The notes: a model not told the origin generated them from the letters alone. Positions 52,958-63,459 are shown, counted from the stretch's first letter. The stretch: DNA of 64,000 nucleotides from Anaeromyxobacteraceae bacterium (GCA_032654565.1 JAULAX010000017.1:672001-736000), one strand, 5' to 3'. Program-made: numbers and translations.

Positions 52958-54577
52958 ATGGAATCCCAGTTCGACTACGACTTCCTGGTCATCGGCTCCG
53001 GCTTCGGCGGGGCGGTCTCGGCGCTCCGGCTCAGCGAGAAGGGGCACCGCGTCGGGGTGCTGGAGATGGGCAAGCGCTGGCGCGGCGAGGACTTCGCCGC
53101 CACCAACTGGAACGTCCGCAAGTACCTCTGGATGCCGAAGCTGGCGCTCTACGGCATCCAGCAGATCACGCTGCTGCGCGACGTGCTCATCTTCCACGGC
53201 GCCGGCGTCGGCGGCGGCAGCCTGGTCTACGCCAACACCCTGCTGGCCCCGCCGGATCGCGTCTTCGACGACGCCCGCTGGCCGGCCGGCACCGACTGGA
53301 AGGCGGCGCTGGCGCCGCACTACCGCACCGCCCGCTTCATGCTCGGGGTCACCGAGGCGCCCCGGGTCTTCGCCGCCGACGAGCTGCTGCGCCAGGTGGT
53401 GGAGGAGACCACCGGCCGCGGCCACACCTTCGCCAAGTACACCGTGGGTGTCTACTTCGGCCAGCCCGAGCAGCGCGTGCCCGACCCCTTCTTCGGCGGC
53501 GAGGGGCCGGACCGCACCGGCTGCCACCACTGCGGCGAGTGCATGACCGGCTGCCGCCACGGCGCCAAGAACACCCTCGACAGGAACTACCTCTGGCTGG
53601 CCGAGGCCCGCGGCGCCGTCATCCACCCCGAGACCCTGGTGGAGGACCTGAAGCCGCTGCCGGGCGGCGGCTACGCCGTGCGCACCGTCCGCTCCACCGA
53701 CCGGCTCTTCAAGCGGCGCCGCACCTTCACCGCCCGCAACGTGGTGGTGGCGGCCAGCGTGCTCGGCACCGTCAAGCTGCTGCTCGAGTGCCAGCGGCGC
53801 GGCAGCCTTCCCGCCCTCTCGCCGCAGCTCGGCAACTACGTCCGCACCAACAGCGAGGCGCTGCTCGGGGTCAAGGCCGGCGGCACCGAGGTCGACTACA
53901 GCCAGGGCATCGCCATCACCTCCGGCATCCACCCCGACGACGACACCCACGTCGAGATGGTCCGCTACGGCGCCGGGCAGGACTTCATGTCGCTGCTCAC
54001 CACGGTGCTGGTGGGCGGCGGGCCGCCCTGGCCGCGCTGGCTGCGCTGGCTGGGCCACATGGTGCGCCACCCCATCGAGGCCCTCCGCGCCCACTCCCCC
54101 ATCGACTGGGCCCGCCGCACCTCGATCCTGCTGGTGATGCAGCCGGTCAACAACTTCATGAAGCTGACCCTGCGCCGCCGTCCCTGGGGCTGGGGGCTCT
54201 CCAGCGAGCTGCGCTCCGGACCCCGCCCGCCCACCTTCATGCCGCTGGCCAACCAGCTGGCGGCGAAGATGGCCGAGAAGATCGGCGGCACGCCCGGGAG
54301 CGTCCTCCCCGAGGTGCTCCTGAACACCTCCACCACCGCTCACATCCTCGGCGGCGCCACCATGGGGCGCACCCCGGAGGAAGGGGTCTGCGACGGCCAG
54401 GGGCGCGTCTTCGGCTACCCCGGGCTCTTCATCGCCGACGGCAGCCTGGTGCCGGCCAACCTGGGGGTGAACCCCTCGCTCACCATCACCGCCCTGGCCG
54501 AGCACGTCATGGCCGGCATCCCGGCCAACCCGGCCGGGGCGGGGCGCCCGGCGCCGCGTCCGCCGGCCGAGGGATGA
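52958..54577 (+). CDS. GMC oxidoreductase, cholesterol oxidase-like
   Basis: Motifs IGSGFGG, GVGGGSLVYAN, CHHCGECMTGC, TAHILGG, NLGVNPSLTITALAE. Confidence 0.88.
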   Translation: MESQFDYDFLVIGSGFGGAVSALRLSEKGHRVGVLEMGKRWRGEDFAATNWNVRKYLWMPKLALYGIQQITLLRDVLIFHGAGVGGGSLVYANTLLAPPDRVFDDARWPAGTDWKAALAPHYRTARFMLGVTEAPRVFAADELLRQVVEETTGRGHTFAKYTVGVYFGQPEQRVPDPFFGGEGPDRTGCHHCGECMTGCRHGAKNTLDRNYLWLAEARGAVIHPETLVEDLKPLPGGGYAVRTVRSTDRLFKRRRTFTARNVVVAASVLGTVKLLLECQRRGSLPALSPQLGNYVRTNSEALLGVKAGGTEVDYSQGIAITSGIHPDDDTHVEMVRYGAGQDFMSLLTTVLVGGGPPWPRWLRWLGHMVRHPIEALRAHSPIDWARRTSILLVMQPVNNFMKLTLRRRPWGWGLSSELRSGPRPPTFMPLANQLAAKMAEKIGGTPGSVLPEVLLNTSTTAHILGGATMGRTPEEGVCDGQGRVFGYPGLFIADGSLVPANLGVNPSLTITALAEHVMAGIPANPAGAGRPAPRPPAEG

Positions 54578-54609
54578 CCGCGGCCCGCCGCCGCGCTACG
54601 GTGGTTCCG

Positions 54610-54996
54610 ATGGCCCGCCTCCACCTCGCCGCGCTGCCGCTGCTCGCCCTCGGCGCCTGCTCCTCGTCGGCGCCCCACAACATGTCGAGCATGGCCGTCA
54701 ACACGGCGCTGGCGGCGGCGGTGGCCGGCGCCTCGGTGGCCCACGGCGGCTGCGTGGCCATGTGCACCCAGGGCTGGGTCTGCAACCCGAAGTCCGGCCT
54801 CTGCGAGGCGCCGGTGGAGTTCAAGTGCGTCGGGGGCGACCTCAACAGCGGCCTCTGCTCCAACCGCCCCGACGACCTCTCCGCCTCGCAGCCGGGCGCG
54901 CCCGGCACCGGCACCCTCCCCGCCAACCTCGGCATCTCGCCCGCCACCGGCGGCACGCCGCCCCCGCCCAGCGAGGCCTCGCCCCGCCCTCCCTGA
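54610..54996 (+). CDS. Small Cys-rich lipoprotein
   Basis: Lipobox LGAC; six further Cys (GCVAMCTQGWVCNPKSGLCE...C...C). Confidence 0.7.
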   Translation: MARLHLAALPLLALGACSSSAPHNMSSMAVNTALAAAVAGASVAHGGCVAMCTQGWVCNPKSGLCEAPVEFKCVGGDLNSGLCSNRPDDLSASQPGAPGTGTLPANLGISPATGGTPPPPSEASPRPP

Positions 54997-55076
54997 GCCG
55001 AGGCGCCGCCCTGGCCCCGCCCGCTCCGCCTCGCCACCCCTCCACCTGACGACCGCCGCACCCCCGAAAGGAACGC

Positions 55077-55799
55077 ATGGGACGCATCTTCGAGACCCGC
55101 AAGGCCACCATGTTCGCCCGCTGGAACAAGATGGCCAAGGCCTTCACCCGCGTCGCCAAGGACATCGCCATCGCGGTGAAGACCGGCGGCCCCGACCCGC
55201 ACATGAACGCGGCGCTGCGCCGCGCCATGCAGAACGCCCGCGGCCTCAACATGCCGAAGGACAAGGTCGACGGGGCCATCAAGCGCGCCGCCGGCCAGGA
55301 CCAGAAGGCCTACGAGGTGGTGCTCTACGAGGGTTACGCGCCCCACGGCGTGGCGGTGGTGGTGGAGACGGCCACCGACAACCTGGTCCGCACCGTGGCC
55401 AACGTGCGGGTCGGCTTCAAGAACCACGGCGGCAACATGGGGGCGGCCGGCAGCGTCGCCTTCCAGTTCAAGAAGATGGGGGTCTTCCGGCTGGCGCCCG
55501 AGGGGATCGACCAGGACGCGCTGGAGCTGGAGCTGATCGACCACGGCCTGGAGGAGCTGGGCGAGGGGACCGGCGAGAAGGGGGAGAGGCAGCTGGTGAT
55601 CCGCGGCGCCTTCGAGAGCTTCGGCCAGCTGCAGGCGGCGCTGGAGGAGCGCAAGCTGCCGGTCATCTCCGCCGAGCTGGAGTTCGTGGCCCAGACGCCG
55701 GTGGAGCTCGGCGAGGAGCAGGCCAAGGAGGTGCTCGAGCTGATCGACGCCCTGGAGCAGGACGAGGACGTGCAGCGGGTCTTCCACAACCTCGCCTGA
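55077..55799 (+). CDS. yebC: YebC/PmpR family protein
   Basis: Motifs [38 protein letters not shown]. Confidence 0.93.
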   Translation: MGRIFETRKATMFARWNKMAKAFTRVAKDIAIAVKTGGPDPHMNAALRRAMQNARGLNMPKDKVDGAIKRAAGQDQKAYEVVLYEGYAPHGVAVVVETATDNLVRTVANVRVGFKNHGGNMGAAGSVAFQFKKMGVFRLAPEGIDQDALELELIDHGLEELGEGTGEKGERQLVIRGAFESFGQLQAALEERKLPVISAELEFVAQTPVELGEEQAKEVLELIDALEQDEDVQRVFHNLA

Positions 55800-55853
55800 C
55801 GGCGGCCACCGGCGCGGCGCACGCCGCCAGGCCGGGCCGGGTGCACCGCCCAC

Positions 55854-56384
55854 TCAGCGCGACGCCACCGTCCCCCAGCCCCGGGGCTGGTCGTCGAGCG
55901 GCTCGTCGGCGTCGGCCGGCGCCTCGTCTCGCTCCCCGGTGACCTCGATGAGCGCCTGCAGGTCGGGGTGGCGGCGCAGCACCGCCAGCAGCCGCTGCTC
56001 GCCCCGCTCCCTGAAGAGCCGGGCCGCGCACTGCTCGACCACCTCGCGCAGCGCCTCGCGGTCGACCGGCTTCTGCAGGAAGCGGTGGACCCGGGCCCGG
56101 TTGATGGCCTCGATGGCCACCTCGATGCCGGAGTGGGCGGTCATCAGCACCCGGGCGGTGTCCGGGTAGCGCTCGGCCACCTCCTCGAGGAACTCGATGC
56201 CGTCCTGGCCCGGCATGATGTAGTCGGAGACCACCACGTCGATCCGCTCCTGCTCGAGCGCCCGCAGCCCCGCCTCCGCCCCCTTGGCGAAGCGCAGCTG
56301 GTGCCCCTGCTCGCGCAGCGCGTGGCCGAGTCCGAAGAGACTGAACTCAGAGTCGTCGACGAGGAGGACGGTGGCGCGTTCCAT
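55854..56384 (-). CDS. Response regulator (receiver domain with short C-terminal extension)
   Basis: Motifs LLVDD, VVSDYIMPGQDG, LMTA, FLQKP. Alternative ATG at 56402. Confidence 0.88.
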   Translation of the reverse strand: MERATVLLVDDSEFSLFGLGHALREQGHQLRFAKGAEAGLRALEQERIDVVVSDYIMPGQDGIEFLEEVAERYPDTARVLMTAHSGIEVAIEAINRARVHRFLQKPVDREALREVVEQCAARLFRERGEQRLLAVLRRHPDLQALIEVTGERDEAPADADEPLDDQPRGWGTVASR

Positions 56385-56503
56385 GGCCGCCTGGATGTGC
56401 ACCCGACGTGCCTGCCAGGAAGCGTGGAAGACCGGGCCCTTGGCGGGGTCGCCGCGGCCCCTGGGTACCGCTCCGCATGGGTCCCGGCCCGGAAGCCATC
56501 CCC

Positions 56504-57415
56504 TCAGGGGTGCGGCGCTTCGTACCAGGGGAGCCCGGCGGCGGCGCTGGCCGTCAGCTCGGCGATCACCTGCGCCCCCAGCAGCACGATGATGAAGGCC
56601 CCCTCCAGGAAGAGCAGCACCACCACCACGGTGGCGAAGGAGCCGTAGAGCACGTTCACCATGGAGAGGGTGGCGAAGTAGCTGGAGAGCAGCATCCCCA
56701 CCAGCTTCCAGAGGATGGCGGCGCTGAGCCCGCCGATGAAGGCGAGCCGGCGCGGGATGCGCCCCACCGGGAGCACCACGTAGACGCCGGCGAAGAGGAA
56801 GACCAGCCCGGCGAAGCCGAGCGCGCGCAGCGCCAGCCGGGCCCAGGTGCCGGCCGGGATGGCCCGCCCGAACAGCGTCACCGTCGAGCCGCCGACCAGG
56901 TCGGTCACCGAGGAGAGGACGGTCAGCGCCAGGATGGCCAGCATCAGCACCGCCATGATCAGGTAGGGGAGCAGCGCCGAGTGCAGCGCGTGGCGGCGCG
57001 CCGTCCGGCCCGAGGCGTGGAAGATGGTGGCCACCGCGTCCTCCAGCATCCGGAAGGCGAGGGAGCTGAAGATCACCAGCGCCACGACCGAGATCGCCGA
57101 GCTGGTGGTCTGGTGGGCCAGGAAGGCCTGGGCCGCGTCGATGACCGCCTCGGCCCGCTGCGGCAGCAGGAAGGCCAGCTCGCGCCGCAGGGCGTCGAGG
57201 ATGAGGGCCTGGTCGACGAAGCTGGAGAGGACGGCCAGCGTCAGGATCAGGAAGGGGACCAGGGAGAGGAGCGCGTTGTAGCCGACGCCGCCGGCCAGCA
57301 GGATCCCCTTGTTGCGGAGGAAGGCGGCCACCACCCGCCGGCCGAAGCGCAGCACCCGCAGCGCCAGCCGCAGCGGATCGAACTGGTCCTCGCTCGCCAC
57401 CGGATCGCCGCTCAC
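56504..57415 (-). CDS. YihY/virulence factor BrkB family membrane protein
   Basis: Motifs LAGGVGYNALLSLVP, LYGSFATVVVVLLFL, LLGAQ; multiple TM helices; GTG overlaps the upstream TGA. Confidence 0.88.
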   Translation of the reverse strand: MSGDPVASEDQFDPLRLALRVLRFGRRVVAAFLRNKGILLAGGVGYNALLSLVPFLILTLAVLSSFVDQALILDALRRELAFLLPQRAEAVIDAAQAFLAHQTTSSAISVVALVIFSSLAFRMLEDAVATIFHASGRTARRHALHSALLPYLIMAVLMLAILALTVLSSVTDLVGGSTVTLFGRAIPAGTWARLALRALGFAGLVFLFAGVYVVLPVGRIPRRLAFIGGLSAAILWKLVGMLLSSYFATLSMVNVLYGSFATVVVVLLFLEGAFIIVLLGAQVIAELTASAAAGLPWYEAPHP

Positions 57416-58611
57416 AGGTCGAAGCACTCCACGAGGAAGATCTCGTCCTGGCGGGAGCGGAGGCGGTCGAGCACCGCCGGGCCGGGCCGCTCGTCGAGCA
57501 TGAGGGCGCAGCTGGCGGCGGTCGCCCCCTCGAAGACGGTGTTGCGCACCTCCTCGACGTTGATGCCGGCCTCGCGGAGGACGCCGAGGACGTTGGCCAG
57601 CACCCCCACCTGGTCGCGGTGGCGCACCACCAGCCGCGCCCGCGCCGGCGACTTCCTGGCCACGTTGACGCAGTTGGGGACGGTCCCGTCGCGCACCAGG
57701 CAGCCGAGGATGCGCACCGTCTCGGCGGCGATGGCGTCCTGGGCCTGGGCGGTGGAGGCGCCCACGTGGTGGGTCCCGTAGACGTTGGGGAGCTGGGCCA
57801 GCTCGCTGGCGAAGGCGGCCTGCCCGCCGGCCGGCTCGCCGGCGAAGACGTCGGTCCCCACCCGCAGCCGCCCGGCCCGGGCCAGCTCCAGCAGGGCCGC
57901 CTGGTCCACCAGCTCGGCGCGGGCGGTGTTGATGAGCATGGCGCCGGGGCGGAGCGCCTCCAGCACCTCGCGGCTCACCAGCCCGCGCGTCTCCGGGGTC
58001 AGCGGCAGGTGGAGCGAGAGGATGTCCGACCCCGCCGCCAGCTCGCGCAGCGAGGCGGCCCGCCTCACCCCCAGCGCCGCGGCTCCCGCGTCGTCGAGCG
58101 AGCGGGACCAGGCGGTGACCTGGAGGCCGAAGGCCCGGGCCCGGGTGATGGTCTCGCGCCCGATGGGGCCGGCCCCGGCCACGCCCAGTCGGCGGCCGAA
58201 GAGGCCGTCGGCCTCGGAGAAGGTCTTCTTGTCCCACCGCCCGGCCCGCAGCCGGATGACGTTGTCGGGGAGGCGGCGGTCGAGGGCCACCATCAGCCCC
58301 ATGGCCAGCTCGGCCACGGCGATGGCGTTCTGGCCCGGGCAGTTGGCCACCGGGATCCCCACCCGGGAGGCGGCCGCCACGTCGATGGTGTTGGTCCCGG
58401 CCCCGGCGCGGATGACCAGCGAGAGGGCGTCGGCCTGCTCGAAGACGGCCGCGGTGACCTGCTTCCCCCGCACCACCAGGGCGCCGACCCCGGCCATGGC
58501 GCCGGGCAGCTCCGCGGCGGTGAGGTCGGGCCGGTACTCCACCGCGAGGCCGAGGGCCTCGAGCTCGGCGAGGCGCTCTCTGGGGAATGCGTCGGCGACC
58601 AGCACCTTCAT
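57412..58611 (-). CDS. D-3-phosphoglycerate dehydrogenase-like D-2-hydroxyacid dehydrogenase with ACT domain
   Basis: Motifs RAGAGTNTID, NAIAVAE, GAGPIG, INTAR, THHVGAST; ACT HRDQVGVLA. Confidence 0.88.
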   Translation of the reverse strand: MKVLVADAFPRERLAELEALGLAVEYRPDLTAAELPGAMAGVGALVVRGKQVTAAVFEQADALSLVIRAGAGTNTIDVAAASRVGIPVANCPGQNAIAVAELAMGLMVALDRRLPDNVIRLRAGRWDKKTFSEADGLFGRRLGVAGAGPIGRETITRARAFGLQVTAWSRSLDDAGAAALGVRRAASLRELAAGSDILSLHLPLTPETRGLVSREVLEALRPGAMLINTARAELVDQAALLELARAGRLRVGTDVFAGEPAGGQAAFASELAQLPNVYGTHHVGASTAQAQDAIAAETVRILGCLVRDGTVPNCVNVARKSPARARLVVRHRDQVGVLANVLGVLREAGINVEEVRNTVFEGATAASCALMLDERPGPAVLDRLRSRQDEIFLVECFDL

Positions 58612-58672
58612 GGCGACCTCCCGCGGCGGGCCGATCCGGAGTCTGGCCGGTTCCCAGCGGCGCGGCAATCCA

Positions 58673-59554
58673 TCAACGCGGCTCAGATCGGGCCGGCCCC
58701 GGCAGGCGGAAGACCCCGCCCCCCAGCTCGACCACCTGCCCGGAGACGAAGACCTCGCCGGCCAGGTCCACCCGCAGGTCGAGCGAGGAGGGGCGCCCCA
58801 CCGCCTCGCCCTGCGAGACGGTGAGCGAGAGCGGGCGCGGCGCGCCGGTGGCGAGGTGCCAGCCCCCCAGGTTGGCGCAGGCCGAGCCGGTGGCCGGGTC
58901 CTCGACCAGGGCGCCGTGCTCCACCGAGAAGAAGCGGGCCAGCGCCTGCCCCGGGCCGCTCGGCGCCCAGGCGTAGACCATCACCTCGCCGCCGCCGGGC
59001 TGGCGGCCGTGGCGATCGAGCCGGGCCAGGTCGGGGCGCACCGCCCGCACCAGCTCCGGCGAGGCCAGCGGCAGGACCAGCTGCTGCGACCCGGTGTCCA
59101 CCCAGAGTGGCTGGCGGACGCTGCCCTCGGGGAGCCCGAGCATGGCGGCCAGCTGGGCGGGCGAGCCCTCCGGCGCCGTCACCGCCGGGGGCCGGGCGGC
59201 GCGCAACGTCCAGCGGTCGCCCCGGGCCGTCACCTCGACCAGGCCGGCCGCCAGCTCCAGCGCCAGCCGGTCGCCGCACCCGGTGAGGGCCCGGACCACC
59301 TGGGCGGTGCCGAGCGTGGGGTGGCCGGCGAAGGGCATCTCGAAGGCCGGCGTGAAGATGCGGACCCGGGCGGCCGCCCCGGGGCGGCTGGCCGGCAGGA
59401 TGAAGCTGGTCTCGGCGAGGTTGAGCTGGCGGGCCAGCGCCTGCAGGGTGGCGTCGTCGAGGCCGCGCCCGTCCTCGAAGACGCAGAGCGGGTTGCCGGA
59501 GAGCGGCGCGCCGCCGGCGGTGAAGACGTTGAGGATCCGGTAGGCCAGCTCCAC
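58673..59554 (-). CDS. PhzF family isomerase
   Basis: Motifs NVFT..GNPL, NLAET, RIFTP.FEMPFAGHPTLG, EDPATGSA. Confidence 0.92.
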   Translation of the reverse strand: MELAYRILNVFTAGGAPLSGNPLCVFEDGRGLDDATLQALARQLNLAETSFILPASRPGAAARVRIFTPAFEMPFAGHPTLGTAQVVRALTGCGDRLALELAAGLVEVTARGDRWTLRAARPPAVTAPEGSPAQLAAMLGLPEGSVRQPLWVDTGSQQLVLPLASPELVRAVRPDLARLDRHGRQPGGGEVMVYAWAPSGPGQALARFFSVEHGALVEDPATGSACANLGGWHLATGAPRPLSLTVSQGEAVGRPSSLDLRVDLAGEVFVSGQVVELGGGVFRLPGPARSEPR

Positions 59555-59561
59555 GGCACCC

Positions 59562-59705
59562 CTCCCGGCCGCAGGTGACCCGGGGCAGATCGGCCGGCCG
59601 CAGGTCACCCCGGGGCGGACCGGCCGGCCGCAGGTTCCCCCGGGCTGGCCGGTCGAGGACGGACCGGCCTGCCGCACGTTACCCCGGGGGCGGACCGGCC
59701 GGCCG
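59562..59705. repeat. Imperfect 30-bp tandem repeat, about 4 copies (CGGCCGGCCGCAGGTCACCCCGGGGCGGAC)
   Basis: Units at about 59562, 59591, 59621 and 59665 in the divergent intergenic region. Confidence 0.75.
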
Positions 59706-59771
59706 GCGCTTATGATGCGGGTTCCAGTTCTCGCCCGCGGCCCGGTGGCCCGGTGACACGGAGTTCGCCAC

Positions 59772-60818
59772 GTGGAAGAGCCCCGCCCCGACCCCCTCGA
59801 CGCCCTGCCGACCGCGGTGACCGGCCCCCCGGTCGCCTCCCTGCGCCAGGCCTCCGCGGCCCTGGCCTTCTACGCCGGCGAGCCGTCGGCGCGGGCCCGC
59901 CCGGGCCGGCTCGACCGGCTGCTCTGGGGGATGGGCGCCTCCTTCCACGCCGCCCGGCTGATGGTGCGCGACCGGGCCCTGCTCCGCTCCGCCCTCTGGC
60001 CCACCGCCCTGACGCTCCTCGGGGCGGTGCTGGCCGGTGGCGCGGTGGCCCTCCGGCGCGGCGGCGTCGAGCTGGCGACCGGCGAGGGCGGCCCCTCGCC
60101 CCGGGGGCTCCAGGCCTTCTTCGTCACCTTCGTGGCCCTGGCCTCGATGCCGCCCACCTTCCTGCAGCGCCAGTGGATGGGCGTGGCCCATGAGGCGCGC
60201 CGGGCGCTGGGGCTGCCGCCGGGCGAGGATCCCTTCCCCGGCGAGAGCTACCTGGCCATGCTCTGGCGCGAGGGGCGCAAGGCCATCCGCCAGGCGGTGG
60301 TGGTCTCCATGGGGCTGCTCCCGGTGGTGGTCTTCATCCGGCTGCTCCCCTTCGGCGACGCCGAGGCGGCGGCGATCGGCGGCGCCTGGGCCTTCTACTG
60401 GGTGGTGGTGGACGCCTTCGAGCTGCCCATCGAGGTGCTGGTGGGCCCGCGCCACCCCACCTCGGCCCCCTGGTACGCCCGCGCCCTGGGCTGGCTGGGT
60501 GGCCTGGCCCGGCCGCTCCGCTTCTTCCGCTGGGCCGGCCGGATGCTGGAGCGGCTGACCCGCCCCTGGGGCGAGGAGGTCCGCTTCACCGAGCGTCACG
60601 GCTGGGAGACGGCCGGCTTCGCCGCCGGCGTCGGCCTGGTGCTGGCCATCCCGGTGGTCGGGCTCTTCTTCCGGGCGGTGGCCATCACCGCCGCCACCGA
60701 CCTGATCGGCCGGCTCGGCCACCCGCTGGAGGCGCCGCTCCCGGGCGCTCCTACCGAGGCGCCGCCGCTGCCTGGTCCAGCGCCTCGCGCAGCTTCCGCC
60801 CCAGCGAGTCCGGCGTGA
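59772..60818 (+). CDS. Hypothetical membrane protein (possibly EI24/CysZ-like)
   Basis: Several TM segments; terminal LAIPVVGLFFRAVAITAAT. Confidence 0.65.
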   Translation: MEEPRPDPLDALPTAVTGPPVASLRQASAALAFYAGEPSARARPGRLDRLLWGMGASFHAARLMVRDRALLRSALWPTALTLLGAVLAGGAVALRRGGVELATGEGGPSPRGLQAFFVTFVALASMPPTFLQRQWMGVAHEARRALGLPPGEDPFPGESYLAMLWREGRKAIRQAVVVSMGLLPVVVFIRLLPFGDAEAAAIGGAWAFYWVVVDAFELPIEVLVGPRHPTSAPWYARALGWLGGLARPLRFFRWAGRMLERLTRPWGEEVRFTERHGWETAGFAAGVGLVLAIPVVGLFFRAVAITAATDLIGRLGHPLEAPLPGAPTEAPPLPGPAPRAASAPASPA

Positions 60819-63141
60819 ACGGCTTCTCCAGGAAGAGCGAGCCCGGCGAGAGCACGCCGTGCTGGGCGATGGCGTCATCGGTGTAGCCGGACATGAAGAC
60901 CACCGAGGTCGAGGGGGACCGGGCCAGCACGCAGCGAGCCACCTCGACGCCGTTGCCGCCGGGCATGACCACGTCGGTGAGGAGCGCGGTGAAGCTCCGC
61001 CCCTCGTCCAGCAGCACGGTGGCGTGGGCCAGGCCGCTGGCGGCGGTGACCGCGTAGCCGAGGGACCGCAGGGAACGGACCGCGGCGCGGCGCACCTGCT
61101 CGTCGTCCTCGACCACCAGGACCGCCTCCCCGGGGCGGGCCCGGAGCCGGGCCGCTTCGGTCGGTGGGGCCACCTCGGCGGCCGCCTCCACCGCCCGCGG
61201 CAAGTAGATCTTGAAGGTGCTCCCCTTCCCGGGCTCGCTGTAGACCCAGATGCTCCCGCCGCTCTGCTTGACGATGCCGTAGACGGTGGGGAGCCCCAGC
61301 CCGGTCCCCTTCCCCTGCGGCTTGGTGGTGAAGAAGGGCTCGAAGACCTGCTCCAGGGTGGCGGCGTCCATGCCGCAGCCGGTGTCGGAGATGGCCAGCA
61401 TGACCTGCGGGCCGGCGGTGGCGCCGTGGTGCCCCTCCACGAACTCCTGGTCGAGGACCACGTCGGCGGTCTCGATGCTCAGCTTGCCCCCTCGGGGCAT
61501 GGCGTCGCGCCCGTTGACCGCCAGGTTGAGGATCACCTGCTCCAGCTGGCTGGGGTCGATGAACACCGGGTGCAGCCCCGCGGCCAGGTGGGTCCGCACC
61601 ACCACGTCCTCGCCGAGCAGCCGCGCCAGCATCCGCTCCACCTCGCGCACCTTCTGGTTCAGGTCGACCACCTGCGGCTGCAGCACCTGCCGCCGGCTGA
61701 AGGCGAGGAGCTGGCGGGTGATGGCCTGGGCCCGCTCACCGGCGCCGCGGATCTCGTCGAACTCCTCGCGGAGCGGGCTGGCCGGCATGGTGTCGGCCAG
61801 GCCGAGCTCGGCCGAGGACATGATCACCGTCAGCAGGTTGTTGAAGTCGTGGGCCACGCCGCCGGCCAGGCGCCCCACCGCCTCCATCTTGAGGGCCTGG
61901 CGCAGCCGATCCTCGCTCTCGCGCAGGTCCAGCTCCCCCTGCCGCCGCTCGGTGACGTCGCGGGCGAAGACCGCGGCGCCGATCACCCTCCCGTCGGCGG
62001 CCCGGATGGGGGCGTGGTTGATCTCGAAGGAGCGGCGCTGCCGGCCCGGCTCGCCGGAGAAGGCCTCGGCCACGAACTGCTCGCCACCCAGCACCCGGTC
62101 GATGTTGGCCCTGGCCAGGTCCCAGTCGGCGGACTCGGTCATGAAGTCGGAGAGCGGACGCCCCAGCACCGGCTCGGCCCCGTAGATGACCTTCATGGTC
62201 CCGGCGTGGGCCTTGTTGAAGGCGGTGTAGCGGTACTCCCGGTCCACCGAGAAGATGGCCGAGTCGGTGGCCTCGAGGAGGCCACGCAGGTTGGCCAGGC
62301 CCTCCTCGACCCGCCGCTGGCTCCTCTCCAGCGCGTCCTGCGCCTGCTTCAGGTCGGTGATGTCGGTCCCCACGGCGATCAGGAGCGGCTCGCCGCGGGC
62401 GCTCTGCCCCCGCCGCTTTCGCACCCGGGCCACGTGGCGGCCGCCCGGCAGCCCGTGCAGCTCCTCCTCGACGGCCAGCTCCTCGCCGGTGGCCAGCACC
62501 CGGTCGTCCTCGGCCCAGTGCGTCGCGGTGACCTCGGGAGAGAAGAAGTCGGCGTCGGTCCGCCCCACCACGTCGACGGCGGGGCGCCCCATGACCCGCG
62601 CCGCCAGCTGGTTGACGAAGAGGTACTTCCGGTCCGGCCCCTTGACGAAGAGTGGGATGGGGATGGCGTCGAGCAGGGCGTAGGTGGCCATCAGCTCGCG
62701 CCGCAGGCGGGTGTCCTCGGCCTCGACGCCGTCGACCTCCAGGGAGATCACCAGGTGACCGTCGAGGGCCTGCTTCACCGTGGTGGCGCTCACCAGCACG
62801 GTCAGGTCCTGGAGCTGGCCCTGGCCGTCGCGCAGCCTCAGGTAGGCGGTGTCGCGCCGGACCGGCTCGCCGCGCTGCGCCGTGTCCATGGCCCGGCGCA
62901 GGGCGCAGAAGGCGCAGTCCGGCTGCTCGCCGCAGCCGCCGGGGAGCTCGGCGGTGACGCAGCCGAGCAGGGCGCCGGGGCGCTGGTCCGGCTGGAGCGA
63001 CGGGTCGCCGGCCGCCGGGAAGCGCCGCCGGGCCGCCTCGTTGGCGAAGACCACGCGGGCGGCGGCGTTCACCAGGAAGGTGGGGTTCGGCGAGGCGTCG
63101 AGCGCGCCACACCATGCGGCAGGATCCTTCTCTTGCGCCAC
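60751..63141 (-). CDS. Hybrid sensor histidine kinase (3 PAS-HisKA-HATPase-REC)
   Basis: Motifs GGVAHDFNNLL, NLAVNGRDAM, FEPFFTTK, GTGLGL; receiver LVVEDD, TDVVMP, LEKPF. GTG at 63141. Confidence 0.92.
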   Translation of the reverse strand: MAQEKDPAAWCGALDASPNPTFLVNAAARVVFANEAARRRFPAAGDPSLQPDQRPGALLGCVTAELPGGCGEQPDCAFCALRRAMDTAQRGEPVRRDTAYLRLRDGQGQLQDLTVLVSATTVKQALDGHLVISLEVDGVEAEDTRLRRELMATYALLDAIPIPLFVKGPDRKYLFVNQLAARVMGRPAVDVVGRTDADFFSPEVTATHWAEDDRVLATGEELAVEEELHGLPGGRHVARVRKRRGQSARGEPLLIAVGTDITDLKQAQDALERSQRRVEEGLANLRGLLEATDSAIFSVDREYRYTAFNKAHAGTMKVIYGAEPVLGRPLSDFMTESADWDLARANIDRVLGGEQFVAEAFSGEPGRQRRSFEINHAPIRAADGRVIGAAVFARDVTERRQGELDLRESEDRLRQALKMEAVGRLAGGVAHDFNNLLTVIMSSAELGLADTMPASPLREEFDEIRGAGERAQAITRQLLAFSRRQVLQPQVVDLNQKVREVERMLARLLGEDVVVRTHLAAGLHPVFIDPSQLEQVILNLAVNGRDAMPRGGKLSIETADVVLDQEFVEGHHGATAGPQVMLAISDTGCGMDAATLEQVFEPFFTTKPQGKGTGLGLPTVYGIVKQSGGSIWVYSEPGKGSTFKIYLPRAVEAAAEVAPPTEAARLRARPGEAVLVVEDDEQVRRAAVRSLRSLGYAVTAASGLAHATVLLDEGRSFTALLTDVVMPGGNGVEVARCVLARSPSTSVVFMSGYTDDAIAQHGVLSPGSLFLEKPFTPDSLGRKLREALDQAAAAPR

Positions 63142-63222
63142 CCGGCCTCCCCCTTCAGACGACGAACGGGGATTGTGCCGACGCCAGGCCCGCCATGGCA
63201 AGTGGCGACCCTACTTCCCGGG

Positions 63223-63459
63223 TCAGAACCAGGTGACGCCGAGCACCTCCGCCGCCGCCGCCACCTCGCCGACCTGCACCCCGCAGCCGTGCCCGGACTC
63301 CACCGCCCAGCCGAAGCAGAGCCCCACCAGCATCGCCACCAGCGCCACCTTGCGCAGCAGGTACCCCCGGTAGGCCTTGCAGTCCCAGCACCGGCAGCGC
63401 AACGCCTGATCCAGCCCCACGTCCGCCTCGCCCCAGTTGATCGTCCTCGGCTGGCTCAT
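63223..63459 (-). CDS. Small hypothetical membrane protein with CxCxxC motif
   Basis: 78 aa, G-rich RBS, CRCWDC followed by a hydrophobic segment. Confidence 0.5.
   Translation of the reverse strand: MSQPRTINWGEADVGLDQALRCRCWDCKAYRGYLLRKVALVAMLVGLCFGWAVESGHGCGVQVGEVAAAAEVLGVTWF

Noticed and set aside
60751..60818. 68-bp tail-to-tail gene overlap
   Set aside because: Both tails are low-complexity, and such overlaps are common where stop codons are scarce.
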